From IMG/VR virus record IMGVR_UViG_3300027833_000066, positions 1 through 54,141 of that record: 54,141 nt of DNA; one strand, written 5' to 3'. A model generated the notes under the pieces. It was not told where the DNA came from and searched no databases. It saw only the letters and a list, made by a program, of their open reading frames with translations. Positions 1 through 10,291 of the stretch are shown piece by piece; position 1 is the first letter of the stretch; each line of letters opens with the position of its first letter. This DNA is from a virus (Duplodnaviria > Caudoviricetes). Made by a program: the position numbers and the translations under genes.

Positions 1-666
1 GATACCGCTGATACTATCAATAATAATGTTGTGATAACTCAAAGAGGTTCATTTAACACAGGCACCTCTGGCCAGAATAACGCTGGAATGGGAGGTAGTT
101 ACAATTATGGATATCAATATGCAGGAGCGTGGTCACACCCATATCCAGACCTAGTATTAGGTTATCATACCGGTATGAGAATAGGCGGTTACACAGGTTA
201 TGGAGGCACAAGATTTTATTCCGACCACCCGCATAGAACAACGTCAATACTTTTTAGTGTAGGTAATGGTGATAGTCATGTAAGAGCTACAAATAACATA
301 TATGCTTATACTTCTGACAAACGATTAAAAGAAAACTTTAGACCTATTGAAAATGCAGTTGATAAAGTAAAAGCAATAGGTGGGTTTATATTTGACTGGC
401 GTAAAGATATGATGGAGAAACATGGTTTTATTCCTGACCAACAACAAGATGATGCAGGGTTAATTGCTCAAGAAGTCCAAAAAGTAATGCCTGCCGCAAT
501 CAAACGAGCGCCATTCGATCATGACTTAACAAAACCAAATCAAAGTAAATCTGGAGAAGAGTTCCTAACAGTGCAGTATGAAAAAATGGTACCCTTATTA
601 GTAGAAGCAATAAAAGAACAGCAAAAACAAATTGATGAATTGAAAAAATTATTGGAGAATAAATAA
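1..666 (+). CDS. Tail fibre protein, C-terminal part with intramolecular chaperone (peptidase S74-like) domain; 5'-truncated by the window
   Basis: Frame is open from base 1. It contains the TSDKRLKEN autocleavage motif, GLIAQEVQKVMP, LTVQYEKMVPLLVEAIKEQQ and a terminal coiled coil. Confidence 0.85.
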   Translation, partial: DTADTINNNVVITQRGSFNTGTSGQNNAGMGGSYNYGYQYAGAWSHPYPDLVLGYHTGMRIGGYTGYGGTRFYSDHPHRTTSILFSVGNGDSHVRATNNIYAYTSDKRLKENFRPIENAVDKVKAIGGFIFDWRKDMMEKHGFIPDQQQDDAGLIAQEVQKVMPAAIKRAPFDHDLTKPNQSKSGEEFLTVQYEKMVPLLVEAIKEQQKQIDELKKLLENK

Positions 667-848
667 TGAAATATTGGAAAGTGACAATATATAATCCCGG
701 CCCTCCTGTAGACTTAGACGACACTAATATTGTATATTCAGCTGCTGAAGATGCAGGAGAGCTTTTGACTATAGTATTAGACCAACACTCCAGGCCTGTA
801 AAAGAGTCTGAAGAAGTTACAAAAGCAGTGTACGACGCAAATATATAA
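666..848 (+). CDS. Hypothetical protein
   Basis: 60 aa ORF coupled to the upstream stop (TAATG) with a GGAG RBS. Confidence 0.6.
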   Translation: MKYWKVTIYNPGPPVDLDDTNIVYSAAEDAGELLTIVLDQHSRPVKESEEVTKAVYDANI

Positions 849-851
849 ATA
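844..851 (+). promoter_or_regulatory. T4-type late promoter TATAAATA
   Basis: Exact gp55-dependent consensus upstream of the ORF at 881. Confidence 0.75.
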
Positions 852-880
852 GTACTATAAATTAACTAAAGGAAATAACA

Positions 881-1171
881 ATGGCAATAACATATACAAA
901 AAATGAAACTTTCAATGGAACTCGAGTGCAGACAATGCCCGATCCAGATAATGAAGGTGAAACTATTAGTGAAACTGTAACAGGCATCAGAGATATTGAA
1001 GTCACATTCACAGAAGACGCTACTACTCCAAACACAGTTCACACTCGTATGGTAAACGTTTGCTTTGCGGCAGATGGTACTTATGACGATGCTGCAACTG
1101 ATGCTCGTATTGCAGAAGTTGGCGCAGGAGTAGCACATAAAGTCTCTGTTGGCGTAGTGTCTAACGCGTAA
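881..1171 (+). CDS. Hypothetical tail-fibre-module protein
   Basis: AAGGA RBS, late promoter upstream, tail module context. Confidence 0.65.
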   Translation: MAITYTKNETFNGTRVQTMPDPDNEGETISETVTGIRDIEVTFTEDATTPNTVHTRMVNVCFAADGTYDDAATDARIAEVGAGVAHKVSVGVVSNA

Positions 1172-1788
1172 TGGCTGGTGCATTTAGTAATAGTGGCGTA
1201 GTAGACTTTAATAATATTCAATCAGTCTTCGGCGGTTCAAACCCTGTAGGTATTAATGAATACTATAGTGCTGACCCATATAAACCTATGCCAACGTCTG
1301 GTACAATATCAGCTAATGATTTTTATACCACGAGTTCAAAAACTGCTAAAATAACTCGTGGGTATAGTAGCGATAGTGCACATAGATTTGGATATAGCGC
1401 TAATGCTGGAAGTTCATATTACTCTGCAGAAAGTGGAGAGTCTACTGCAGCTTTTGGTTCAATAACTAAAGCCTCTGGATTGATTGCTGGTGATTTGTCA
1501 TGTTTCACAGTTGAAGATAATTATCCGCATGGCCAAGTATTAACTATTGGCAGACGAGGCAGTGGTGATAGTGGATGGACTACATGCTATGTTAAGTGTA
1601 TTGGCGGTTGGTTAAATGGAACTGTATACACTTTTACTCGTACTGGGAGGTGGGTTTATGCTGGAATCAGAAATTCAAGCCCTCAATCTTATGGATGGAG
1701 ATATAGAAGTCAGTATAGTGGAGTGTCAGTTAGTAACTTATATTGGTTTATGATGAGAGGATATACAGTTGCACTTAAGTTTCAATAA
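1171..1788 (+). CDS. Putative tail fibre tip / adhesin-like virion protein
   Basis: Gly/Ser/Tyr-rich. N-terminal FGGSNPVGINEYY..SGTIS..DFY segment typical of fibre-associated proteins; lies beside a fibre chaperone. Confidence 0.55.
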   Translation: MAGAFSNSGVVDFNNIQSVFGGSNPVGINEYYSADPYKPMPTSGTISANDFYTTSSKTAKITRGYSSDSAHRFGYSANAGSSYYSAESGESTAAFGSITKASGLIAGDLSCFTVEDNYPHGQVLTIGRRGSGDSGWTTCYVKCIGGWLNGTVYTFTRTGRWVYAGIRNSSPQSYGWRYRSQYSGVSVSNLYWFMMRGYTVALKFQ

Positions 1789-1800
1789 TAGGAAAAATAA

Positions 1801-2331
1801 ATGATTAATTATAATATTATAAAAGTCGATTCAGTACTCAATTTGATTCAGATTCAATATACAAGATCTGGATACGAGCATTATTATGTGCAGCAGCAAT
1901 TGCCAGATAGTTACGATGATGCATATTTACATAGTATCGCTTCAGCTCAAGTAGAAGAAGCTCAGGAATATTGGGATTTAGTAGATGCATCATCTACGTA
2001 TACACCTAGTACTACAACTGGAGAATTAAAAGAATTGGTATTATCTCCTATACCGGAATATGATGTTCTTTATCAAAGTGTATCATTATCTTGGACTGAA
2101 ACTGCTACGACAAAAACTAAAGTATGGACTATCAATAATCTTAGTGACGCCGATAAAGCCTTGAATATAAGAATTAAAAGAAATGCATTATTAGAAGAAA
2201 CAGATACAGAAGCTTTATCAGATCGAACTCTATCAAGCGAATTGACAGCATATAGGGAATCTCTAAGGGGTATTACAGACCAAGAGACATTCCCAACTAG
2301 TGTGATCTGGCCTACGAAACCATTAGGATAA
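1801..2331 (+). CDS. Tail fibre assembly chaperone
   Basis: C-terminal RIKRNALLEETD...YRESLRGITDQETFPTSVIWPTKP signature of tail assembly chaperones. Confidence 0.8.
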   Translation: MINYNIIKVDSVLNLIQIQYTRSGYEHYYVQQQLPDSYDDAYLHSIASAQVEEAQEYWDLVDASSTYTPSTTTGELKELVLSPIPEYDVLYQSVSLSWTETATTKTKVWTINNLSDADKALNIRIKRNALLEETDTEALSDRTLSSELTAYRESLRGITDQETFPTSVIWPTKPLG

Positions 2332-2335
2332 TAAC

Positions 2336-3349
2336 ATGGCTAAGTTAAAATACTATGCGTTATGCTGTAGAGGAATGCCAGCGACTAAGCGTCATTTGAC
2401 TCGTATTCCAAAAGCCGATTTAGTAATTGTTATTAACAGTCAAAACTCAGATTATGTAACAGAAGCTACTAATTGGTGCGTAAGCGAAAGCATAGAGCAC
2501 TACGTTACTGCAAGCGATGGAACTCCATCAACAGGCAAAAATTCAGTATTCGATTTATTCATAGCATCAAACAATGATTATATGGTATTAGTCGATGGAG
2601 ATGATTTTATTACTCCACATGGCTTATATATTTATGATACGATTGCGCAGTCAGCTTCACCTCCAGACGCCGTTGCTTTAGAATTTCAGTTTGGTTTAGT
2701 GCCAAATAATAACTATAATACCCATTTGCTGCATGTTGATGAAAGTTCTAATGCTAGCGTTAGAGATGCTAGAGACAAGCTCAACCAAGATCACATTCAT
2801 GGTTGGGGTTTAAGAATATTTCAAAAGCCTTATGAGTGGTGGGCTGCAGCTTTAGATGGAACTTCAGTTCCACATCATGATGAGTTTACTGAACAATGTT
2901 CTAATATGCATAGAAGACTTATGACCCATGAGCACGAGTATATTAATGGGTGGGAAAGCCATTTAAGAATAGTATTTTATTCTAAAGCTGGTGCTGCTTT
3001 TAGGTTTGATCCTGAGTTGCTTGTAGGTGAAGATACTATGCAATACTTTAGATTAAAGAACGCAATGGTCGATGGTGATATAGACCTAAGGCATTTAAAC
3101 GAAATATATCCAACATATGTGTATGACCAAAGAATCGAAGGTATTGTTGGTTGGGCTAACGAAAGAGACTCTGGTCGAGGTTGGTTAGCCTGGATGACAG
3201 CTTTAGTTAGTGAGTTTGATAGATATTTGGCTGAGGGAAAAATGCATACTACAATTCCTCCAGCAGTAGTTTTGCCAGAGCCCGCAGATGATTACAGACC
3301 TGACACTTTAGGCCTTGTAAATTATCCCCATAGATTACCAAAATATTAA
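2336..3349 (+). CDS. Putative GT-A fold glycosyltransferase-like protein
   Basis: GTPSTGKNSV..DYMVLVDGDDF (DxD-like) and a later GED motif. Confidence 0.55.
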   Translation: MAKLKYYALCCRGMPATKRHLTRIPKADLVIVINSQNSDYVTEATNWCVSESIEHYVTASDGTPSTGKNSVFDLFIASNNDYMVLVDGDDFITPHGLYIYDTIAQSASPPDAVALEFQFGLVPNNNYNTHLLHVDESSNASVRDARDKLNQDHIHGWGLRIFQKPYEWWAAALDGTSVPHHDEFTEQCSNMHRRLMTHEHEYINGWESHLRIVFYSKAGAAFRFDPELLVGEDTMQYFRLKNAMVDGDIDLRHLNEIYPTYVYDQRIEGIVGWANERDSGRGWLAWMTALVSEFDRYLAEGKMHTTIPPAVVLPEPADDYRPDTLGLVNYPHRLPKY

Positions 3350-3366
3350 ATTAGAGATCTTAACCT

Positions 3367-3374
3367 TATAAATA
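3367..3374 (+). promoter_or_regulatory. T4-type late promoter TATAAATA
   Basis: Exact consensus in the gap before gp13. Confidence 0.85.
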
Positions 3375-3404
3375 CATATAGGTTACTCACATAGGAATAC
3401 AAAA

Positions 3405-4154
3405 ATGGCAGCTCCAAATTCAAGAAGTACATTAATCGATTATTGTTTAAGGTCGTTGGGCGCGCCAGTAGTTGAAATTAATGTTGACGAAGATCAAGTA
3501 GAAGATAGAATAGATGAAGCTTTACAATTATATCAGCATTATCATGCCGATGCTATCGAAAAGGTATTTTTAAAGCATCCTGTTACAGCCGATGACATAA
3601 CTAATGGGTATATAACTATACCTGAATTAGTGACTGATGTTGTTAGATTGTTTCCAATTAGGGATACTATTGCTGCTAATAATATGTTTGATATTAAGTA
3701 TCAAATGCATTTGAATGATTTATATTCATTAGGATATATGGGTTCTCTTGTTGAGTATGAAATGGCTCAACAATGGTTATCTTTAGTGGATATTTTAACA
3801 GACCCAGATGGAAAACATATAAGTTTTGATCGCCATAAAAATCAATTAAGAGTTGATATGGACTGGTCAAAGGAAGTAGTTGTTGGATCATTTATTATTG
3901 TAGAATGCTATAGAATATTAGATCCTGATACTTTTACAGATGTATATAATGATTACTTTCTTAAAAGATACGCAACCGCTTTAATTAAACATCAATGGGG
4001 AACTAACCTATCTAAATTTGAAGGAATGGTAATGCCGGGTGGTGTAACATTCAACGGTAGACAAATCTTAGAAGATGCTAAAGAAGAGCTTAAAGAATTA
4101 AACGAAGAAATTAGATTGAACTGGGAACAGCCAGTCGATTTCTATACGGGGTAA
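3405..4154 (+). CDS. gp13: Neck protein gp13
   Basis: LRSLGAPVVEINV, QWGTNLSKFEG..MPGGVTFNG; T4 synteny. Confidence 0.93.
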   Translation: MAAPNSRSTLIDYCLRSLGAPVVEINVDEDQVEDRIDEALQLYQHYHADAIEKVFLKHPVTADDITNGYITIPELVTDVVRLFPIRDTIAANNMFDIKYQMHLNDLYSLGYMGSLVEYEMAQQWLSLVDILTDPDGKHISFDRHKNQLRVDMDWSKEVVVGSFIIVECYRILDPDTFTDVYNDYFLKRYATALIKHQWGTNLSKFEGMVMPGGVTFNGRQILEDAKEELKELNEEIRLNWEQPVDFYTG

Positions 4155-4157
4155 AGA

Positions 4158-5090
4158 ATGCCTAGAAGTGTATATTTCTCACAGGCCGTAAAATCTGAGC
4201 AATCAGTTTACGAAGATCTGGTTATAGAATCCTTAAAGATATATGGACAAGATGTCTATTATATTCCAAGGACTTTAGTTGGCCGAGATAATATGTTTGG
4301 AGAAGACTTAGCATCTAAGTTTGATGATGCATATATGATTGAAGCATACGTTGAAAATCCGGAAGGATTCGACGGGGCTGGTGATCTATACCAAAAGTTT
4401 GGTTTAGAGATTAGAGATGAAGTTACTTTCATTATATCACGTAGGCAATGGTCTACATTAATTGGTACTTGGAATAACTCTTTACAAAACGATAGGCCAT
4501 CAGAAGGAGATTTAATATTCCTTCCAATGAGTAATAAGTTTTTTGAGATATCTATGGTTGAACATGAACAGCCGTTCTATCAATTATCTAATCTTCCGGT
4601 ATTTAAAATTCAGTGTAGCTTGTTCGAATACAATGAGGAAGACTTTGAAACTGGTGTTGATGCTATTGATATTACCCAAGTTAAAAATTCTTATCAAGTG
4701 GCAGTAGATCTTACAGTTGTTGGAGGTAACCACTTTGTACAAGGAGAGATTGTTACTCAGGTTATTACAGCAGATCCTGCAGTAAGTGTATATGGTGAAA
4801 TACAAACTGTAACTAAAACTTCAGATGACGCAGCAATTGTAACGATATCCAACATTGGAGTCACTGGTTCTACTGAGGCTAAAGACTTCTTAGTATCTCC
4901 AACGGTTGGATTAACTGGAAGTTTGTCAGCTAGCACTTGCCATATCAATAAGATATACGGTGTTGCAGATGCTACTAATTATGATCTTGCTGATGGTGGA
5001 GCTAATAATAATAACTTCGAAATAGAAGGAGACGGTTTCTTAGACTTTACTGAATCCAATCCATTCGGCGATCCATCGGAGACTTACTAA
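4158..5090 (+). CDS. gp14: Neck protein gp14
   Basis: ESLKIYGQDVYYIPR, KFGLEIRDE, RPSEGDLI, FTESNPFG. Confidence 0.93.
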   Translation: MPRSVYFSQAVKSEQSVYEDLVIESLKIYGQDVYYIPRTLVGRDNMFGEDLASKFDDAYMIEAYVENPEGFDGAGDLYQKFGLEIRDEVTFIISRRQWSTLIGTWNNSLQNDRPSEGDLIFLPMSNKFFEISMVEHEQPFYQLSNLPVFKIQCSLFEYNEEDFETGVDAIDITQVKNSYQVAVDLTVVGGNHFVQGEIVTQVITADPAVSVYGEIQTVTKTSDDAAIVTISNIGVTGSTEAKDFLVSPTVGLTGSLSASTCHINKIYGVADATNYDLADGGANNNNFEIEGDGFLDFTESNPFGDPSETY

Positions 5091-5836
5091 TGTTTGGTAA
5101 TCATTTCTATCATTCTACAATGAGAAAAGCAGTTGCTGTTTTTGGAACTTTGTTTAATGATATTGCAGTAATTCGTCAAGACGGAGCTGGAAACGTATTA
5201 AATCAAGTTAAAGTTCCATTGTCGTATGGCCCTAAGCAAAAGTTCTTAGCTAGGTTAGATCAAAATACTAATAGTGATGCATCCATGGCTATTAAGTTAC
5301 CTAGGATGGCTTTTGAAATTACAAGTTTAGAATTAGATTCTACACAAAAGCTAGCTAAAAGAAATGTTATATCGGAAAATCATGCAACTGATTCTACTAA
5401 AAAGAAGACGTTAAAGCAACAAGTTGCATATAATATTAATATGACATTGCACATTCTAGCTAAGAATCAAGATGATGGTCTACAAATCGTAGAACAAATA
5501 TTACCATACTTTCAGCCAGAATACACAATTACAATTACGCCAGTTACAGGATTTGAATATAAACAAGACGTTCCTATCATATTAACTGGTGTTACTATAA
5601 GCGACGATTACGAAGGTGATTTTCAAACACGTAGAGTATTAGCATATCAACTAGACTTTACTATGAAAATGAAATTCTTTGGTCCTACTAGTAATACATC
5701 AGTTATTAAAGAAATCAATATTGATTTTAACGCTGATACTGGTGGTGCAAATGTATTAGAAAATATGGATTTCACAATCACTCCAGCGGCAGCTGATGAG
5801 GATGATGACTATACGGTCAACGTAAGCATTACATAA
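5090..5836 (+). CDS. gp15: Tail sheath stabiliser / terminator gp15
   Basis: FGTLFNDI, VPLSYGPKQKF, LPRMAFE, QIVEQILPYFQP. Confidence 0.93.
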   Translation: MFGNHFYHSTMRKAVAVFGTLFNDIAVIRQDGAGNVLNQVKVPLSYGPKQKFLARLDQNTNSDASMAIKLPRMAFEITSLELDSTQKLAKRNVISENHATDSTKKKTLKQQVAYNINMTLHILAKNQDDGLQIVEQILPYFQPEYTITITPVTGFEYKQDVPIILTGVTISDDYEGDFQTRRVLAYQLDFTMKMKFFGPTSNTSVIKEINIDFNADTGGANVLENMDFTITPAAADEDDDYTVNVSIT

Positions 5837-5846
5837 TAGGTATATC

Positions 5847-6284
5847 ATGGACAAATTAGATAAAATGAGTGCAAGCTTAGCGAAGAACTTGCCAGTAGAG
5901 GCTAAGGAAAAAACATTAAAAAATTCTTTAAGCACAGAAGAAATTGAAATTAAAGACGATTACGAGTTTTCCCGAAAGACATACAAAGAATTAATTACAA
6001 CTGGAACTAAGTCATTAGATACATTGGCTGAACTAGCCCGTGAATCTGAGCATCCTAGAGCCTTTGAGGTATTATCTAAAGCCATAAAAGATATTGGCGA
6101 TGTTACTGATAAGCTTATGGCATTACAAAAAAATAAGAAAGATTTAGAGCCAGAAGAACGGAAAAGACATGGTGATAGAACTGTTAATAATAATCTCTTT
6201 GTTGGTAGTACTACAGAATTACAAAGGTTACTAGCTCGTTCAGCCCCAGAGAAAAAAGTAATAGATGTCGACATTAAAGAATAA
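5847..6284 (+). CDS. gp16: Terminase small subunit gp16
   Basis: DDYEFSR, SEHPRAFEV, NNNLFVGSTTELQ. Confidence 0.93.
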   Translation: MDKLDKMSASLAKNLPVEAKEKTLKNSLSTEEIEIKDDYEFSRKTYKELITTGTKSLDTLAELARESEHPRAFEVLSKAIKDIGDVTDKLMALQKNKKDLEPEERKRHGDRTVNNNLFVGSTTELQRLLARSAPEKKVIDVDIKE

Positions 6285-7884
6285 TCAACTTGGCTACATG
6301 GGCAATCCCAATGTTAAACGGGATGGCGTTGAAAGCGAGTTCACAGAAGAAGAGATACTTGAATATTCCAAGTGTATGCAAGACCCTGCGTATTTCGCAA
6401 AAACATATCTAAAAGTTATATCCCTAGATGATGGTTTAGTTCCTTTTGACCTATATCCATACCAAGAAAAGATGTTTAACCACTTTAATGATAATAGATT
6501 CTCTATTGTTTTAGCATGTAGACAGTCAGGTAAATCTATTGGTGCGGTTGGGTTTCTCCTTCATTACGCGTGTTTCCATCCTGAAAAGACTATTGCGATA
6601 TTGGCAAACAAAGGTGCAACTGCACGAGAAATGCTAGCACGTATTACTCTTATGTTAGAGAATCTACCATTCTTTTTACAGCCTGGGTGTAAAGCATTAA
6701 ACAAAAGTTCAATTGAATTTTCAAACAACTCAAAGATTATTGCATCTGCAACTTCAGGTAGTTCTATCCGTGGTTTATCTATTAACCTATTGTTCTTAGA
6801 TGAGTTTGCTTTTGTTGAAAACGATGCACAATTCTATACTTCTACATATCCGGTAGTATCTTCTGGTAATGATACTAAGGTTATTATTACTTCAACTGCT
6901 AATGGTATCGGTAATGTATATCATAAGATATGGGAAGGAGCTTCTACAAACACTAACGAATATAAGCCGTTTAGAGTTGATTGGTGGGATGTTCCTGGAA
7001 GAGATGAAGCTTGGAAATTAAGCACAATAGCAAATACGTCTGAGCTTCAGTTTGATCAGGAATTTGGTAATAACTTCCATGGAAGAGGTAATACCTTATT
7101 AGATGCTAATGATTTGCTAACATTAAAGGCCGTAGAGCCGATTAAATGGTCTGAGAATATTCTAATTTACGAGTATGCTAAACCAGAACATAACTATATA
7201 ATGACTGTAGATGTTGCGAAAGGTAGAGGTCAAGACTATAGCACCTTTAATATTATTGATACTTCAGTCCAACCGTTTAAACAAGTTTGTGTATTTAGAG
7301 ATAATAATATATCTCCAATGTTATTACCTGACATTGTTTATAAATATGCTAACGTATATAACAAAGCTTACGTCATAGTAGAATCTAATGATCAAGGCGC
7401 AGTGGTATGTAATGGTTTATACTATGATTTAGAATACGAAAATATGTTTGTAGAATCACAAGTAAAAGCTAACTCTATTGGCGCAACTATGACACGTAGA
7501 GTTAAAAGAATTGGCTGTTCATCATTAAAAGACTTAGTTAGTCAAAAGAAATTAAACGTTTTAGATGGGGAAACTATATCTGAAATGTGTACATTCGTGT
7601 CAAAGGGATCTTCTTACGAAGCATCTGGCAATAACCATGATGACTTGGTTATGAACTTAGTACTATTTGCATGGTTTACTAGTACTGATATATTCCAAGG
7701 TATTACTGATATTGATATGAAGAATTTATTATATAGAGAGCAGTTATTAGCAATACAAGAGGATATGTTACCATTTGGCATTATTGATGATGGTAATTAC
7801 GATATAGAAAAGGGTGTTGGAGATGGAGAAGGAAATGTTTGGTATGAACAACCGGCAGATCCATTTGATCGATATTTACAATAA
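6265..7884 (+). CDS. gp17: Terminase large subunit gp17
   Basis: RQSGKS Walker A, LLFLDEFAF Walker B, TSTANG, nuclease motifs VDVAKGRGQDYS and HDDLVM. Confidence 0.97.
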   Translation: MSTLKNNQLGYMGNPNVKRDGVESEFTEEEILEYSKCMQDPAYFAKTYLKVISLDDGLVPFDLYPYQEKMFNHFNDNRFSIVLACRQSGKSIGAVGFLLHYACFHPEKTIAILANKGATAREMLARITLMLENLPFFLQPGCKALNKSSIEFSNNSKIIASATSGSSIRGLSINLLFLDEFAFVENDAQFYTSTYPVVSSGNDTKVIITSTANGIGNVYHKIWEGASTNTNEYKPFRVDWWDVPGRDEAWKLSTIANTSELQFDQEFGNNFHGRGNTLLDANDLLTLKAVEPIKWSENILIYEYAKPEHNYIMTVDVAKGRGQDYSTFNIIDTSVQPFKQVCVFRDNNISPMLLPDIVYKYANVYNKAYVIVESNDQGAVVCNGLYYDLEYENMFVESQVKANSIGATMTRRVKRIGCSSLKDLVSQKKLNVLDGETISEMCTFVSKGSSYEASGNNHDDLVMNLVLFAWFTSTDIFQGITDIDMKNLLYREQLLAIQEDMLPFGIIDDGNYDIEKGVGDGEGNVWYEQPADPFDRYLQ

Positions 7885-7903
7885 ACCTTTAAATCTTTAT
7901 TTA

Positions 7904-7952
7904 TATAAATAACTATGATTGAACATAACCGTATTATGAAAACTTATAAATA
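7904..7952 (+). promoter_or_regulatory. Tandem late promoters TATAAATA (7904-7911, 7945-7952)
   Basis: Two exact consensus copies before gp18. Confidence 0.8.
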
Positions 7953-7976
7953 AACTCAATTTGAGAGGACACACAC

Positions 7977-9680
7977 ATGGCATTTCAAGTATCACCAGGC
8001 GTCCAAGTCAAAGAAATTGATGCAACAGGGGTAGTACCCGCAGTATCAACATCTATTGGTGGATTCGCTGGATCATTTAATTGGGGTCCCGTAGAAGAAG
8101 TTACATTGGTTAGTTCAGAAACTGAATTAGCTAGTATCTTTGGATCATCGGATTCTAGTACATACAAATACTTTCTAACTGCAGCATCATTCCTAAAGTA
8201 TGGTAACGCATTGAAAGTAGTAAGAGCAACATCCACTTTGGCCGATAACGCCACATCAGATGGCTCAGGTCTATTAGTAAAAAATAGAGAACATTACCTA
8301 AACAGCTACGACAATGGAGCAACTGGCAAAGGAAGCTGGGTTGCAAAATATGCTGGAGCTTATGGTAGTAGTCTAAAAGTTGAAACTGTAACTGGCGGAA
8401 TCGCTCAAAGCGCATTCGATAGCTGGACATATTCAGGCAACTTTGATAGCAAGCCTTCAACCTCAGACCAAGCTGTAGCTCTTGGCCACGGATCAGCAAA
8501 TGACGAAGTTCATATTGTAGTTATTGACGAAGATGGTCAATTTACTGGAACCGCTGGAACTGTTTTGGAAGCTTTTGCATTCGCTTCACAAGCGGTAGAT
8601 GCTAAGAAAGCTGATGGAACTAGTGCTTACTATAGAGACGTAATCAACACACAATCTAGATACATTTGGGCTGGTGATGCACCAACTACTTGGACTCAAA
8701 GCGGAAATACTTTGGCTGTTCAAGGTGCAAGTGGTTATGCTGGAGATGCTGCTCCAGGAACAAGTTCACTATCTGGTGGAACTGATTCTAGTGCTGATGT
8801 TACTTCTGGTAATATTATTGCGGCCTATGATCTATTAGCTGACGAAGAAACAGTTGATGTTAACTTACTATTTGCATATCCTGACGCTAATGGCGCTAAG
8901 GTAATTGCTGATAAGTTAATCGCGATTTGTAATGCTAGAAAAGATTGTATGGCATTTGTATCACCACCTATTGATGATAGTGTTGGAACTGCAACACCTG
9001 CTGCTGATGTTAAAGTATGGGCTGATAGTCTTACTTCAACTTCATATGCATCATGTGATTCAGGCGCGGTATACGTATACGATAAGTATAACGATCAATA
9101 TCGTTGGCTTGGAGCTGGCGGGCTTTGTGCTGGTCTTTGTGCTAATACCGATGATGTTGCCGATGCATGGTTCTCACCAGCTGGTGTAAATCGTGGCCAA
9201 CTATTGGGTGTAGTCAAATTGGCTTATAACCCTAAGAAAGCTGATAGAGATGCTCTTTATAAAGCAAGAGTTAATCCTTTAGTTTCTTTCCCAGGTCAAG
9301 GTACAATGTTATTCGGTGATAAGACTCTATTGTCTAAGCCCGGTGCATTTGATCGAATTAACGTGAGACGTTTGTTCATCGTATTGGAAAAAGCAATTAG
9401 TACAGCCGCTAAAGGTCAACTATTTGAATTCAACGATGAGTTTACTAGAGCTCAATTTAGAAACTTACTTGAGCCATTCTTACGGGATGTTAAAGGTAGA
9501 CGTGGAGTAACAGACTTTAAAGTAGTTTGTGATACTACAAACAACACGGGACAAGTTATTGATGCTAACAGATTCGTTGCAGATATTTATATCAAGCCAG
9601 CCAGATCTATTAACTTCATCAACTTGAACTTTATTGCAACCAGAACCGGAGTCGATTTTTCTGAAATCGCCGGGCTATAA
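7977..9680 (+). CDS. gp18: Tail sheath protein gp18
   Basis: SPGVQVKEID, WFSPAGVNRG, FDRINVRRLF, IKPARSINFINLNF. Confidence 0.97.
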   Translation: MAFQVSPGVQVKEIDATGVVPAVSTSIGGFAGSFNWGPVEEVTLVSSETELASIFGSSDSSTYKYFLTAASFLKYGNALKVVRATSTLADNATSDGSGLLVKNREHYLNSYDNGATGKGSWVAKYAGAYGSSLKVETVTGGIAQSAFDSWTYSGNFDSKPSTSDQAVALGHGSANDEVHIVVIDEDGQFTGTAGTVLEAFAFASQAVDAKKADGTSAYYRDVINTQSRYIWAGDAPTTWTQSGNTLAVQGASGYAGDAAPGTSSLSGGTDSSADVTSGNIIAAYDLLADEETVDVNLLFAYPDANGAKVIADKLIAICNARKDCMAFVSPPIDDSVGTATPAADVKVWADSLTSTSYASCDSGAVYVYDKYNDQYRWLGAGGLCAGLCANTDDVADAWFSPAGVNRGQLLGVVKLAYNPKKADRDALYKARVNPLVSFPGQGTMLFGDKTLLSKPGAFDRINVRRLFIVLEKAISTAAKGQLFEFNDEFTRAQFRNLLEPFLRDVKGRRGVTDFKVVCDTTNNTGQVIDANRFVADIYIKPARSINFINLNFIATRTGVDFSEIAGL

Positions 9681-9693
9681 TTAGGAGATTACA

Positions 9694-10221
9694 ATGGCTA
9701 TTTTAGGCGTAGATGATTTTAAATCCAAGCTAGTTGGAGGTGGTGCACGTGCTAATATGTTCAAGGTTACTTGTAACTTTCCTTCATATGCTCAGGGTGA
9801 CGTTGAACTATCTTCCTTCTTAATTAAAGGCGCTCAAATGCCTTCATCAGTGGTAGCACCTGTTCCTGTATTATTCAGGGGTAGACAACTACAATTAGCT
9901 GGTGATAGAACGTTTGAACCATGGACTATTACCATTATCAATGATACTGGCTTCGAAATCCGTAATGCTTTTGAAAGATGGATGAATGGTATTAGCGAGC
10001 ACAATAACAATACTGGTTTGAGTAATCCTACCGATTACCAATCTGATATGATTATTGAGCAGTTGAACAAGCAAGGCGTTTCAACTAAGCAATACGATTT
10101 AAGAGGGTGTTTCCCTACAAACATTAGTGCAATTGATGTAAACTATGATTCTGAGAATACTATTCAGGAATTTACAGTTGAACTTCAAGTGCAGTATTGG
10201 GAGTCTGGAACTACTTCTTAG
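9694..10221 (+). CDS. gp19: Tail tube protein gp19
   Basis: GGARANMF, AGDRTFEPWTITIIND, FPTNIS. Confidence 0.96.
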   Translation: MAILGVDDFKSKLVGGGARANMFKVTCNFPSYAQGDVELSSFLIKGAQMPSSVVAPVPVLFRGRQLQLAGDRTFEPWTITIINDTGFEIRNAFERWMNGISEHNNNTGLSNPTDYQSDMIIEQLNKQGVSTKQYDLRGCFPTNISAIDVNYDSENTIQEFTVELQVQYWESGTTS

Positions 10222-10227
10222 AAGAGG

Positions 10228-10265
10228 TATAAATAATATTAGAAGAGGGGGGACAGTCCCCCCTC
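10228..10265 (+). promoter_or_regulatory. Late promoter (10228-10235) followed by a perfect GC-rich inverted repeat (10245-10265)
   Basis: TATAAATA, then GAGGGGGGAC-A-GTCCCCCCTC; no U tract follows. Confidence 0.7.
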
Positions 10266-10291
10266 CGATAATATGATGAGGAATATTCAAA

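Noticed and set aside
1-2331. Diversity-generating retroelement or invertible segment acting on the tail fibre
   Set aside because: No reverse transcriptase, invertase or TR/VR repeat pair was seen in the window.
7339-7346. Intragenic TATAAATA matches (also 29806 and 52487)
   Set aside because: They may be real internal late promoters, but chance matches are plausible in AT-rich coding DNA; not called without TSS data.
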